Part shown: positions 10,263-19,985 of the stretch, one piece after another | How positions within the stretch are numbered: position 1 is the first letter of the stretch | How the letters are laid out: every line of letters starts with the position of its first letter | Source of the DNA: Thermoplasmatales archaeon SW_10_69_26 | GTDB taxonomy: Archaea; Thermoplasmatota; SW-10-69-26 | Direction of reading: 5' to 3' | Length of the DNA stretch: 64,000 bases | NCBI GenBank assembly: GCA_003009755.1 | Contig: PXUB01000022.1 | Location: forward strand, 16,963 to 80,962 | Program-made: the position numbers and the translations under genes | The notes under the pieces: generated by a model | Databases searched by the model: none | Seen by the model: only the letters and a program-made list of their open reading frames with translations | Told to the model about the DNA's origin: nothing

Positions 10263-10294
10263 GTGGGGGTCCTCCCGGGATCCATGCTCCCGGC

Positions 10295-10308
10295 TTAGGC
10301 TGACCTAA
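10295..10308. promoter_or_regulatory. DtxR/IdeR-like iron-box palindrome
   Basis: TTAGGCTGACCTAA (TTAGG-N4-CCTAA) about 33 bp upstream of the FTR1 start. Confidence 0.7.
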
Positions 10309-10508
10309 ACCACGGGCCGATATAGTCTTTGTGGACGAACGCGGTCCTATTTGGGTCGCCCTCGCTAGGGTGACCCTCACGCCCGTCGATCGCCGCCAGT
10401 GCCTCATCGCACTGCCGACGCATCCCCCCGCCTCGGCAAATATGTAACCTCTTAGCGTCGACATGTGTATCCCAGGGGTCTTGGTCGAGTGGCTCCCTGG
10501 GCATAGCG

Positions 10509-11291
10509 ATGGGCGAGACCGTCCGCACGGAGCGTCGGGGGCCGGTGCTGGAGATCGTGCTCTCACGGCCGGACAAGCGCAACGCGATCGACGGCGAGAT
10601 GGCCGCCGAGCTCTTCGAGGCCTGGGCCCGCCTCGGTGACGACGACGTCCGCGCGGGGGTGCTCGCCGCCGACGGTCCCGCCTTCTGCGCTGGCGCCGAC
10701 CTCGAGGCCCTCGAGACGCTGGGTCCCGGGGACGGCTTCCAGTTGGGGGACCCCGAGCGCGAGGCGTTCGTCTCCGGCGAGGAGGGCTATTTAGGCCCGA
10801 CCCGCCAACCGTTCCCGCCCGTCCCCGTGATCGCGGCCGTCCAGGGTCCAGCCCTGGCCGGCGGTCTCGAACTGACCTGCCTTTGCGATCTCCGCGTCGC
10901 GGGCGAGGAGGCGACCTTCGGCGCCACCAACCGCGAGTGGGGGGTCCCGCTCGTCGACGGCGGCAGTCAGCGACTCCCGCGCATCGTCGGCCTCGGTCGC
11001 GCGCTCGAGCTGGTGCTCACCGGCCGGGTGCTCCGGGCCGAACATGCCGCCCAGATCGGCCTCGTCAACGATCTCGTGCCCGAGGGCGGCGAGCGCACCC
11101 GGGCCGGCAAGATCGCCGACCGGATCACCCAGCTGCCCCAAGACGCGCTGCGAGCCGACCGCCGGTCGGTCTACGAGGGCATGGACCGTCCGATGGCCGA
11201 CGGGTTGGAGATCGAGGCACGCAACGGGCAAGAGGTCGTCGAGGCCGAGGGCTTCGAGGCCGGCCCGCGCCGGTTCGCGCTGGACGAGTAG
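10509..11291 (+). CDS. Enoyl-CoA hydratase/crotonase family protein
   Basis: 'RPDKRNA', 'AFCAGADL', 'GPALAGGLEL', 'DGGSQRLPRIVG'. Confidence 0.93.
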   Translation: MGETVRTERRGPVLEIVLSRPDKRNAIDGEMAAELFEAWARLGDDDVRAGVLAADGPAFCAGADLEALETLGPGDGFQLGDPEREAFVSGEEGYLGPTRQPFPPVPVIAAVQGPALAGGLELTCLCDLRVAGEEATFGATNREWGVPLVDGGSQRLPRIVGLGRALELVLTGRVLRAEHAAQIGLVNDLVPEGGERTRAGKIADRITQLPQDALRADRRSVYEGMDRPMADGLEIEARNGQEVVEAEGFEAGPRRFALDE

Positions 11292-11295
11292 ATCC

Positions 11296-11667
11296 TCAGA
11301 TCGACTGCGCCCCCCAGCGTCCGATCAGGGCGCCGGCGAGGCAGGCGACGAGCGTGAGCGCGAGGTACCCGATCGCCCAGCCGAGGCTCCCGTCGCTGCC
11401 GAGGGCGACCGTCTCGTAGCTGAACGTGCTCATCGTCGTGAACGAGCCCAAGAACCCCACGCCCACGGCGGCGGTAGCGGCCGGCGTCACCCACTCCGTG
11501 CCGGGCTCGGTACCCAACAGCAGGCCGAGCAGGAAGCTGCCGAGCACGTTCACCGTCAACGTCCCCCAGGGCAGATCCCCGCGGGTGAGGAGCTCGCTGA
11601 TCCACCAGCGGGCGAGACCGCCGCCCGCCGAACCGGTCGCAACCCAGGCTGCCACGTGCCAATCCAT
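11296..11667 (-). CDS. crcB: Fluoride channel Fluc/CrcB
   Basis: 'PWGTLTVNVLGSF' and 'GFLGSFTTMSTFSYE' signatures; ATG at 11667. Confidence 0.93.
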   Translation of the reverse strand: MDWHVAAWVATGSAGGGLARWWISELLTRGDLPWGTLTVNVLGSFLLGLLLGTEPGTEWVTPAATAAVGVGFLGSFTTMSTFSYETVALGSDGSLGWAIGYLALTLVACLAGALIGRWGAQSI

Positions 11668-11691
11668 CGTCGTCTGCCTCGTGCCCTGCGG

Positions 11692-11736
11692 GGTCGGGCC
11701 TCGGCCGGGCCGGCGGTTCCCTCGGCCCCATCGCCC
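11692..11736 (-). promoter_or_regulatory. Possible degenerate fluoride (crcB) riboswitch
   Basis: Minus strand reads GGGCGATGGGGCC-GAGGG-AACCGCC-GGCCC-GGCCGAGGCCCGAC just upstream of crcB; the P1 3' strand deviates from consensus. Confidence 0.4.
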
Positions 11737-11848
11737 GACTCGTCGAGGCCGAGCAACGGCCTCAACGTTGCGGTCTCCGACGAGCTGCCCCGGTGGGTGA
11801 CCGAGGCCGACACGCCCTGTCCCTGCTTCGTCGGAGGTGGCGGTCCGG

Positions 11849-12265
11849 TCAGCCGTCCTCGGCCAGGGCCTCGTGTTCGGCGAGCAGCGCGCGGACCCGC
11901 CCTCGGATCTCGTCGCGCGTCTCGCGGTACTCGTCCAGCGAGTCCGGGTGGTCGAGGCTCCAGTCCGCCACGTCGTAGGGCTCGAACACCGGCATGGCGG
12001 CTTGCCCGCAGCCCATCGTGGCGATCGCGTCGGCGGCCTCGAGGTCCTCCTCGTCCACGGGTGTGCTCGCGTGGTCGGAGAGGTCGAGGCCGATCTCATC
12101 CATGACGGTCAGGGCCTTCTCGCGGACCCGACCCAGCGGGTCGGTGCCGCCGCTGAGGCACTCGACGTGGTCGGCGCCCACCTCCTCGCAGAACGCCTGC
12201 GCCATCTGGCTGCGCGCGCTGTTGCCGACGCACGCGAAGTACAGGCGGACGGGTTCGGGGCTCAT
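11849..12265 (-). CDS. arsC: Arsenate reductase, LMW-PTP family
   Basis: P-loop 'CVGNSARSQMA'; 'TMGCG'; 'DWSLDHP'; operon context. Confidence 0.85.
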   Translation of the reverse strand: MSPEPVRLYFACVGNSARSQMAQAFCEEVGADHVECLSGGTDPLGRVREKALTVMDEIGLDLSDHASTPVDEEDLEAADAIATMGCGQAAMPVFEPYDVADWSLDHPDSLDEYRETRDEIRGRVRALLAEHEALAEDG

Positions 12266-13002
12266 CCGGCCACCTCCGGCTCGGTGTCGGCGGCGGTCTC
12301 GCTCGGTCGGGCCCGCGGCGTCCGCACGTCCTCGTAGTCGACCGTCCGCACAAGCTCGTAGCCGAACATCGCCGCGATCGATCCCACGACGGGGGCCGCG
12401 AGGTAGATCCACACCATCGACCAAGTGCCGGAGACGACGGCCGGTCCGAGGGTGCGGGCCGGGTTCATGCTGCCACCGGTCAGCGGACCCGCGAAGAGGG
12501 CGCCGATCGTGACGGCCAAGCCGATCGCCAGCCCGCCGGCGGCCTCGGGCACGCGGTCGTCGGTGGCGACGGCCGCGATGACGAACGCCAGCAGCGCGGT
12601 TGCCAGCGTCTCGGCCAGCACGGCGCCGGTCACCGAGAGCTCGGCGGCCGGCACGGTGGCGCCCAGCTGCCCCACCGGCCCCACCATGACGAGGAGCGTG
12701 CCGGCCGCGGCGGTGGCCCCCGCGAGCTGGGCCCCGATGTAGGTGGGCACCCGCCGCCAGGGGAAGTGCCCGATGGCGGCGAACCCGAGCGTGATGGCCG
12801 GGTTGAAGTGGGCGCCGCTGACGTGACCGAGCGCGTAAACCATCACGGCGATCGTCAACCCGAAGGTCCAGGCGACGCCGACGTGGGAGACGCTCGCGCC
12901 CGCCACGAAGCCATCCGCCACGATCGCCCCGCAACCGGCGAGCACGAGCGCGAACACGCCGATCGCCTCGGCCAGCTCGGCCCGCGGGTGCCGGCCGCCC
13001 AT
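12262..13002 (-). CDS. MIP-family aquaporin/aquaglyceroporin (probable arsenite channel)
   Basis: Two NPA boxes: 'SGAHFNPA', 'GGSMNPAR'. Confidence 0.92.
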   Translation of the reverse strand: MGGRHPRAELAEAIGVFALVLAGCGAIVADGFVAGASVSHVGVAWTFGLTIAVMVYALGHVSGAHFNPAITLGFAAIGHFPWRRVPTYIGAQLAGATAAAGTLLVMVGPVGQLGATVPAAELSVTGAVLAETLATALLAFVIAAVATDDRVPEAAGGLAIGLAVTIGALFAGPLTGGSMNPARTLGPAVVSGTWSMVWIYLAAPVVGSIAAMFGYELVRTVDYEDVRTPRARPSETAADTEPEVAG

Positions 13003-13313
13003 CAGCAACAGCCCTCCGCGCGGCAGGCCTCGGGGTCGCTGGCTTCGATGTGGTCGACCAGCCAGGCCCCCTCCTCGAGGAGATCGGCCAGCCGAGGGTG
13101 GGCCAAGCGGTACAGCCGCCGCTTGCCCTCGCGGTCGGCGACGGCCAGCCCGCAGTCCCGCAGCTCGGCCAGGTGGTGGCTGAGGTTGCTCTGCTCCTGG
13201 TCGGTGGCGTCCGCCAGCTGGGACACCGAGGCCGGGCCCTCCCGGGCCAGGTGGTGGAGCACCGCCAGCCGGGTCCCGTCGGCGAGGCACCGATAGAATG
13301 AGGCCTCGTTCAT
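13002..13313 (-). CDS. arsR: ArsR/SmtB transcriptional regulator
   Basis: 'LADGTRLAVL', 'QSNLSHHLAELRDCGL', C-terminal 'C....GCC'. Confidence 0.9.
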   Translation of the reverse strand: MNEASFYRCLADGTRLAVLHHLAREGPASVSQLADATDQEQSNLSHHLAELRDCGLAVADREGKRRLYRLAHPRLADLLEEGAWLVDHIEASDPEACRAEGCC

Positions 13314-13342
13314 ATCAACGGGTATTCATTCGTCTGGTATGA
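13310..13342. promoter_or_regulatory. Putative ArsR operator (imperfect inverted repeat)
   Basis: TCATATCAACG ... CGTCTGGTATGA overlapping the arsR start. Confidence 0.35.
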
Positions 13343-13382
13343 GTGTACCGGCGGGGGATCGCTCCCCGCCGGACCGGTCGGC

Positions 13383-14534
13383 CTACAGCTCGCCCAGCAG
13401 GCCCAAAAAGCGCGGGTGGTCGCGCAGGTTGGCCATCTCGTCGTCCTCGCGCAGCCGGTCGCGCAGCTCGGGGACGCGGGGGGCCAGGCGCTCGAGGGCG
13501 TCGAGGGCCTGGCTACAGCGGCCCAGGCGGGCCAGCACGCTGGCGTGGGCGTAGGCGGCCATCGGATCGTCCTCGAGCTTGCGAGCCTGGCGCAGCTTTC
13601 GCTCGGCATCGCCGAGCCGGCCCTGCTCGTCGAGGCAAAGGCCCAGGCAAAAGCGGGCCACCTGCAGGCCCGGCGCCAGCTCGATCGCGGTCTCGAACCA
13701 GCCGATCGCCGCCTCGATCTCGCCCTCGTCGAGGGCCTGCTGGCCGGCCGTGATCACGCCCACGATCCCGCCCTCGGTCGCCGCCGCGTCCATCGTCGCC
13801 CCCCGATCACCGTCGCCGGCATCGGTGCAGGTCGTCGGCTCGGGCTCCTCGAGCTCGTCGACGGGCTCGGCCGTTTCCGGCTCGGGGTCGGGGGCCTCGG
13901 GTCGTCGCCGGGTCCGGTGGGGCTGGTGGTGGACGGCCAGCGCGAGCACGCCGATCGCACCGATCAACGCCCCCGGCACGAGGCCGGTCACGGAGGTCGG
14001 CGCGGTGGCGTCGTTGGCGGTCGCCTCGTTCGCCGAGCCGCCGGAGGACGGGTCGACGTCGTCGCCCGCCAGCGGCCGGTCCACCTCGTCCTCGGGCGCC
14101 GGCTGCTGCTCGACGGTGGCCTGGACGGCCAGGCGGGCGGCCGGCTCCTCCCGGTCGTGCGTCAGGTCCTCGACGCTCTCGTCCGCGGTCCTCGTCTCCG
14201 TGGCGTCGGAACCGCCGGCGGTGTCGTCCCTCGTCCCGGAGCTAGCGACGTCCTCGGCCGTCGACGGTTCCGGTTCGCCCGTGTCGGATCCCTCGGCCGT
14301 GGCGGCCTCGCTGCTCGTGTCCGCCGCCGATTGGGTGGGATCGTCGCCGCTTTCCCCCTCCTCGGTGGCCGCCTGCGAGCTGGCGGCGTGGGCCGGGGAC
14401 CCGCGCTCGGGTCCCGGATCGGGCGGACCGTTGCCCGCCGCGTGCTCGGGCGGACCCCCCTCGGCGAGGGCGGTCGTGGCGGCGGCTCCGAACACGAGCA
14501 CGAGGGACGCGACGACGAGGCAGCTTGTCCGCAT
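13383..14534 (-). CDS. Membrane-anchored TPR protein
   Basis: Signal peptide, acidic low-complexity region, one TM, C-terminal TPR helices ending 'LRDHPRF'. Confidence 0.75.
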   Translation of the reverse strand: MRTSCLVVASLVLVFGAAATTALAEGGPPEHAAGNGPPDPGPERGSPAHAASSQAATEEGESGDDPTQSAADTSSEAATAEGSDTGEPEPSTAEDVASSGTRDDTAGGSDATETRTADESVEDLTHDREEPAARLAVQATVEQQPAPEDEVDRPLAGDDVDPSSGGSANEATANDATAPTSVTGLVPGALIGAIGVLALAVHHQPHRTRRRPEAPDPEPETAEPVDELEEPEPTTCTDAGDGDRGATMDAAATEGGIVGVITAGQQALDEGEIEAAIGWFETAIELAPGLQVARFCLGLCLDEQGRLGDAERKLRQARKLEDDPMAAYAHASVLARLGRCSQALDALERLAPRVPELRDRLREDDEMANLRDHPRFLGLLGEL

Positions 14535-14737
14535 AGCGGCGACGCAGACGGTGGGAAGCGGTGGGAGGGGCCCGGCGTTGGGGTCTCGGTCCTCTCCCGC
14601 GAGCGGCCAAGGCCCAACGTGGACCTTCCCGAAGGTTGAACCGACGGTCGGCTTCGCCGGCTGGTCCTCCCGACCCCGTCGACCGGCCGAGGCCGAGGGC
14701 TTGATGAACCCGCCAGGCGTGGTCGACCGCGCCGGGC

Positions 14738-16282
14738 ATGTCGGCCGACAGCGATCGCCCCGACCCCCGACCCGCGTCGAGGTGGGCCCAGCTGCGGGCC
14801 CGCCTGGCCGGGCTTTGGGCCGGCGTCCGCCGCCGGTTCAGCGTCGACCTGCGCGCCCTCGCCGTGATGCGCATGGTGCTGGGAGCGGTGATCGTCGGCG
14901 ATCTGATCCACCGCGCCCAGCACCTGCGGTTCTTCTACACCGACGAGGGCGTCTACCCGCTGGCGGCCTTCACCTCGACGTACGTCAAGTTCAACGACCT
15001 CTCCCTGCACGCCCTCTCCGGCGAAGCCTGGGTCCAAGCGTCCTTGTTCGTGCTCGCCGGCGCCCTCGCGGTCGCCTTCGCCCTCGGGTACCGCACCCGG
15101 TGGACCGGTCTGGCGTCCTTCGTGTTGCTGGTCTCGCTGCAGGCGCGGAACCCGCACGTGCTCAACGCCGGCGACCGCCTGCTGCGCATCCTGTTGCTCG
15201 TCGCGCTCGTCACCCCGCTGGGCGAGCGATGGTCGCTGGATGCCCTCCGCCGCGAGGACACGCGCCAGACGGTCGCGAGCCCGGCGACCGCGGCCCTGCT
15301 CGTGCAGCCGATCGTCGTCTTCACGGCCAACGCGATCCTCAAGCACCCCGGCGACCACTGGTACGCCGGCGACGGGCTGCAGATCGCGCTGGCCAACGAC
15401 GCCGTGACGCTCCCCCTCGGCAAGCTCCTCGCCCGACAAGAGCTGGTGACGACCGCGCTCACCTACGGCTGGGTCGGCCTGCTCGCCGGCTCCTCCCTGC
15501 TCCTTCTGGCCACGACCGGCCGCCTGCGCGCCGCGGCCGCCCTGGCCTACGTGGGTGCGTTCGTCGGCATGATGGCCACGATGGCGGTCGGCCTGTTCCC
15601 CCTCGTGCTCGTGGCTGCGCTGGTCCCCTTCCTCACGACGCCGGTCTGGGAGGCAGTGACCGCGAGGGTTCCCCCACGCTGGCGGGACCGGTGGCCCCCG
15701 CCGGCGCTCGTCGACCCATCGAGCAGGCCCTGGCTGAGGGACCGGCTGGCGGCTCGCCTCCCGGTGGGCGACCGAGGCCATGTACAAGGGGGCCTGGCCC
15801 GCGTCGGTCGACGCCTCTGCGCAGCCGCCGGCCTCGCCTTGTTGGCCTGGATGCTCGTGTTCAGCGGCGCCCACGTCACCGACACCGACCTGCCGGACGC
15901 GATCGACGACCCCAACCTCGACGTCCAACGATGGGGCGTGTTCGCGCCCGACCCCGCCACCGCCTACAGCTGGTACGAGACCGAAGCCCAGCTCGCCGAC
16001 GGACGCTCGGTCGACGCCCACGACGGCGGTCCCCTCGGCTTCGAGCGGCCCGCGCACGCCGGGGAGGCCTTCGAGACGTTCCGCCACCGCAAGTACATGG
16101 GCCACGTCAAGGACAGCGAGGTGCTCCCCGGCCCCTACGTGGACTGGGCCTGCCAGCACGCCCAGCAGGTCGTCGACGGCGACGTTGAGCGTGTGCGCCT
16201 GCACCGGTCCTACCAGCCCAGCCCGCTGGATGGGACCTACGAGGACCCGACTCGGAGCGTCGTCGCCGAGCGGGCGTGCTAA
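14738..16282 (+). CDS. HTTM-domain membrane protein
   Basis: 'VDLRALAVMR', 'FYTDEGVYP', 'RNPHVLNAGD', 'QRWGVFAPDP'. Confidence 0.85.
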   Translation: MSADSDRPDPRPASRWAQLRARLAGLWAGVRRRFSVDLRALAVMRMVLGAVIVGDLIHRAQHLRFFYTDEGVYPLAAFTSTYVKFNDLSLHALSGEAWVQASLFVLAGALAVAFALGYRTRWTGLASFVLLVSLQARNPHVLNAGDRLLRILLLVALVTPLGERWSLDALRREDTRQTVASPATAALLVQPIVVFTANAILKHPGDHWYAGDGLQIALANDAVTLPLGKLLARQELVTTALTYGWVGLLAGSSLLLLATTGRLRAAAALAYVGAFVGMMATMAVGLFPLVLVAALVPFLTTPVWEAVTARVPPRWRDRWPPPALVDPSSRPWLRDRLAARLPVGDRGHVQGGLARVGRRLCAAAGLALLAWMLVFSGAHVTDTDLPDAIDDPNLDVQRWGVFAPDPATAYSWYETEAQLADGRSVDAHDGGPLGFERPAHAGEAFETFRHRKYMGHVKDSEVLPGPYVDWACQHAQQVVDGDVERVRLHRSYQPSPLDGTYEDPTRSVVAERAC

Positions 16283-16863
16283 GTAGGACGATATTCCTCC
16301 CAGTGTTCCTCAAACTCTGCCTTCGCCTTGCGGAGCTGTTGAACGTCCCCGACCGGTTTCGTCACTGCCGCTCCCACGAGGGCCGCCGAGAGGACAACGG
16401 CATTTTCCGGGATAGCAACCTGGGAAAAGAGGATTCCGAGGGCGAAGGAGAGGATTCCCAGCCCGAGCATCCATCTCCTCAATGAGACATTCTTTTCCCT
16501 TATTGTCTCCTCCAGAGACGTTATCTCCTCCCTCGCCTGAAACTCCTCAACGAAATCACCAAGCCTTTGCGGCTCGTGGTCAATCTCGATGAGGTTAACA
16601 ATCATCTCTTCTTGCCCGGCGTCTTCGAGGTCGGCTCCGTCCTCGATCTCGTTCGTGATCTTGTCGCCCCAGTCGTTGATGGTCTGACTGACATAATGGC
16701 CAAGCTGTTCGCTGACGTTGCTCCATCGCCAGTTACGGAGCGTTTCGCTACGATCACCTATCTCATTATGGTGGTTATCCACTCTGTTTTGAAAGTAAAG
16801 GAAGGAAGCGAAGCAGGCTGCCGTGAGGGTGAAAAAGAGCTGGCTTGGCAATTCTACAGACAA
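16279..16863 (-). CDS. Hypothetical membrane protein (low-GC insert)
   Basis: About 3 hydrophobic segments; AT-richer codon usage than flanks. Confidence 0.65.
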   Translation of the reverse strand: MSVELPSQLFFTLTAACFASFLYFQNRVDNHHNEIGDRSETLRNWRWSNVSEQLGHYVSQTINDWGDKITNEIEDGADLEDAGQEEMIVNLIEIDHEPQRLGDFVEEFQAREEITSLEETIREKNVSLRRWMLGLGILSFALGILFSQVAIPENAVVLSAALVGAAVTKPVGDVQQLRKAKAEFEEHWEEYRPT

Positions 16864-16872
16864 GGGAAGTCC

Positions 16873-17361
16873 TCAGGCGAGATAATCGTCCGCGATTTCC
16901 GAGTTAGTGGCCATTGACGGGTACTCATTATAAACAAAACTGAGTAAACTATGAAGAGATTGGGATATATGGCGATATTTCAGCCAGGTCACCATTTCCC
17001 TAACCTCGGAAGCGGTGTCTCGCCATAGCTGTCTAGCTATATCCGTGCCTCTGTTGGTAAGCTGTATTTTCTCTACGGACTGTTCGGGTTCTTCGCCTTC
17101 AACGATGACCAACAGGCCTTTCTCAGAGAGGTCTAAGACAGTCTGCCAAAGTTCATCCGCGTAAGGGCCGTATTTGTGGGGTCGGAAATCGAAGCCGGTC
17201 TCTCTTCCAAATTCTTCCTTTAGGTGCCGGTCTAGCAGGAAGACTGCCTTCATGAGTCGGGTCCGCCCGTAAATCCAAGTGTCGTGATCTCTCGAAGGGT
17301 TGTTGGGGGCGTAGATTAGGCGTAAGACCCATTTTTCTTCCTTCGAGAGGTTCTCTGGCAT
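16873..17361 (-). CDS. DUF4065/SocA/YwgA-like winged-helix protein (putative antitoxin)
   Basis: 'GRTRLMKAVFLL', 'FDFRPHKYGPY', 'FVYNEYP' pattern; low GC. Confidence 0.65.
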   Translation of the reverse strand: MPENLSKEEKWVLRLIYAPNNPSRDHDTWIYGRTRLMKAVFLLDRHLKEEFGRETGFDFRPHKYGPYADELWQTVLDLSEKGLLVIVEGEEPEQSVEKIQLTNRGTDIARQLWRDTASEVREMVTWLKYRHISQSLHSLLSFVYNEYPSMATNSEIADDYLA

Positions 17362-17465
17362 CTCTTTTCACCACTTCGCAGGCGGGAATGACACAACTCT
17401 ATTTACCTGCTTGAGCATTTAAATTCGACGACATGGGGTGGAAGTACTGACGGCGCCATTTTAGA

Positions 17466-19112
17466 TTAGACCTCGACGACGGCCTCGCCCCGCGCCGCCT
17501 CGGCGAAGCCTTTGCCCTCGAAGAGGACGACGTCCTTCTGCACGTCGTGGAACGCGCGCGGCTTCTCGGTGTGGATCGGCACGATCCGGTCGGCCGCCAT
17601 CGAGCGGTAGAACTCGGCCAGGTCGGGGCCGGCCGCGTGCCCGCTCACGTGGGTGAGGCCCGTCAACGCGCCCGGCGGACCGCCCGGCGTCTCGGGCAGA
17701 TTGTGGTCGAGCCCGAAGCGATCCAGCCAGTTGCGCTGGCGGTCGATGTTGAGCGCCATCTCCTCGTTGAACGGCTCCGTGAGACACCGGATCCAGCGCG
17801 ACCCCGGCGGCGGATCGACATCGATCAGGTCCTGGATCGACCAGTACGACAAGTGCAAGAGGTAGTCCTGCGGGTTCTCGCGGATGTCCGTGGCGCGCAC
17901 TCCCCCCTGCAGGTGAGCCAACGGATCCCTCAGCGTCACCTGGTCGTTGGCCTTCCAGGCGGGCTTGATCGTGTCCCGATCCCACTTCGTCTTGTAGCCG
18001 GCCTCGTGCTTGCGGCGGGTGTAGTCGCTGGGGTTGTAGCGCATCGTGCCCCGGCGCAGCAGGTAGGGCTCGACGTGATCGTAGCGCTCGGGTGAGCGCG
18101 AGGGCACGTCCTGGCGGTGGTCGAGCTGCTTGAGCAGGTAGGCCAACCGCGGGTCGACGACGAGCGTGCGGTCGGTCTTGGCGGCGACCTGCTGCATCGT
18201 GTCGAAGCGCGTGGTGTCCTTCCAGCCGAACTCGACGACGCCGAGCCCGGGGCAGTTCTCCAGCAGTTCGGCCACGTCGCGCTCGACGCCGGCCTCGTCC
18301 TCGGCGGCCGCGTCCGTGATCCGCGTGCCCTCGGCGAGCAACAGGTCCGGCTCCAGGCCCTCGGCGTACTCGCGCAGGCGCTGGGTTCGGGTCGTCAAGC
18401 GTCCGTGGAACCGGAGATCGCCGGTGTAGAAGATGTCGGCGCCGCTCGGCGTGCGGACGTGGAAGGCGACGGCGCCCGGCACGCTGTGGTCGACCGGGAC
18501 GGCCGTCACGTCGAAGGGCCCGATCGTGAACGCGGTGCCGACCGGGCACGTCTCGATCGTGCGCTCGCGCCGCTGGGTCTTGACGTCGTCGTCGCCGGGG
18601 AAGTAGGCGCCCGAGCCCAGCTGTTCGATCGAGCGCTCGCGCACCTCGACGATCTCCTCGCCGATGCCGCCCGAGCCCAGGTGGTCGATCGATTCGAGCA
18701 TGCGTTGCGTCGTCGCTGTGCAGTGCACCGGGATGTCCGGGTCCAGGAACGCCATGTCGCCGAAGTGGTCCAGGTGGGCGTGCGTGAGCAACGCGCCGTG
18801 CACGAAGGGCTCGCCGGTGCGCTCCTCGTAGGCCTTGGCGCTCTCCGGCGGCTCGCTGTCGAGCTCCTCCCACGCCAGATCGACCAGATCCTGCCGGTAG
18901 AGCCCGTCGACGTCCGGCAACAGGTCGAGATCGATCAGGTCGGTGAGGATCGTCGTCGTACGCGGCTGCAGGTAGGAGTCGAAGTACGTCTTGCGCGCGC
19001 CGAAGCTCATCCCGAAGTCCAACAGGACCCGGTCGTCGCCGTCCTCGACGAGGAACTTGTTCCCGCCAATCTCGTTGAGGCCGCCGAGCAGGTGGACGCG
19101 GACGGAGGACAC
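17466..19112 (-). CDS. MBL-fold beta-CASP nuclease, RNase J-like
   Basis: 'GGLNEIGGN', 'THAHLDH', 'DHSVPG', 'YTGDLRFHG', 'HVSGHA', 'PIHTE'. Confidence 0.85.
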   Translation of the reverse strand: MSSVRVHLLGGLNEIGGNKFLVEDGDDRVLLDFGMSFGARKTYFDSYLQPRTTTILTDLIDLDLLPDVDGLYRQDLVDLAWEELDSEPPESAKAYEERTGEPFVHGALLTHAHLDHFGDMAFLDPDIPVHCTATTQRMLESIDHLGSGGIGEEIVEVRERSIEQLGSGAYFPGDDDVKTQRRERTIETCPVGTAFTIGPFDVTAVPVDHSVPGAVAFHVRTPSGADIFYTGDLRFHGRLTTRTQRLREYAEGLEPDLLLAEGTRITDAAAEDEAGVERDVAELLENCPGLGVVEFGWKDTTRFDTMQQVAAKTDRTLVVDPRLAYLLKQLDHRQDVPSRSPERYDHVEPYLLRRGTMRYNPSDYTRRKHEAGYKTKWDRDTIKPAWKANDQVTLRDPLAHLQGGVRATDIRENPQDYLLHLSYWSIQDLIDVDPPPGSRWIRCLTEPFNEEMALNIDRQRNWLDRFGLDHNLPETPGGPPGALTGLTHVSGHAAGPDLAEFYRSMAADRIVPIHTEKPRAFHDVQKDVVLFEGKGFAEAARGEAVVEV

Positions 19113-19403
19113 GGTCGACCAACGCCTCGCTCGGGATTAAGGATGCGGGCCCCGTCCCGGGTGCGAGCCCGAGAGCCGCCCCTCGCGGCGGCAACGGCGC
19201 GCACCCGTGGCCCCTCCCAGGTACCCCACAGGCTTCCGAGGACGCCCTCGGGCGGGGCCTCCGTTCGAGGGGGCCTCGGCCCGTGCACGGACCTCCCGGC
19301 CCCCGACCGTGATCGAAGCACGCTCTCCACGCCGGTGCACGGGCCCTCCGCTGGTCTCCGTCTCCCCCTACCGATTATAACGAGAGGCGACGGTGCCCCG
19401 CTG

Positions 19404-19985
19404 ATGATCCTGTCCGACGGGGACATCCGCGAGCGCTTGGCGGAGGGGGACCTGGTCGTCGATCCGCTCGACGACCCGGAGCTGCAGATCCAGCCCTCGA
19501 GCATCGACCTCCGGCTGGGCCACGAGTTCGTCACGTACCAGACGACCCACGTCCCCTACATCGACCCCGAGGACGCCAACACCCAGAACGAGTACACGAA
19601 CCGCGTCGAGATCGAAGAGGGCGAACGCTTCATCCTGCACCCCGGCGAGTTCGCGCTCGCCTCCACGCTGGAACGCATCGAGCTCCCGCCCGACCTCGTC
19701 GCGTTCGTCGAGGGACGCTCGAGCCTCGGCCGTCTGGCCATCGTCGTGCACGCCACCGCCGGCCTCTGCGATCCCGGGTTCGAGGGCAAGATCACGCTCG
19801 AGCTGTCGAACCTCGGCAAGGTGCCCGTCGCCCTACACCCCCGGATGCGGATCTCGCAGATCGTCGTCCACGAGATGAAAAGCGAGGCCGAGGTCCCCTA
19901 CGGCGCCGACCGCGGCTCCAAGTACCAGGGCCAAGACCGGCCCGAGCTCACCCGCATCGACCAAGACTTCGCCGACGGGGAGTAA
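19404..19985 (+). CDS. dcd: dCTP deaminase
   Basis: 'MILSDGDI', 'QPSSIDLRL', 'EGRSSLGRL', '[11 protein letters not shown]', 'SKYQGQ'. Confidence 0.95.
   Translation: MILSDGDIRERLAEGDLVVDPLDDPELQIQPSSIDLRLGHEFVTYQTTHVPYIDPEDANTQNEYTNRVEIEEGERFILHPGEFALASTLERIELPPDLVAFVEGRSSLGRLAIVVHATAGLCDPGFEGKITLELSNLGKVPVALHPRMRISQIVVHEMKSEAEVPYGADRGSKYQGQDRPELTRIDQDFADGE

Noticed and set aside
5848-16204. Long overlapping ORFs such as 5848-8049(+), 7990-10566(-), 13579-16188(+)
   Set aside because: Arg/Pro/Gly-rich shadow frames of high-GC genes; the acidic frame with recognisable motifs is the real one.
18117-19403. N-terminal extension of dcd (622-aa ORF)
   Set aside because: Overlaps the RNase J-like gene antisense; dcd begins at ATG 19404 after a TTATAA box.
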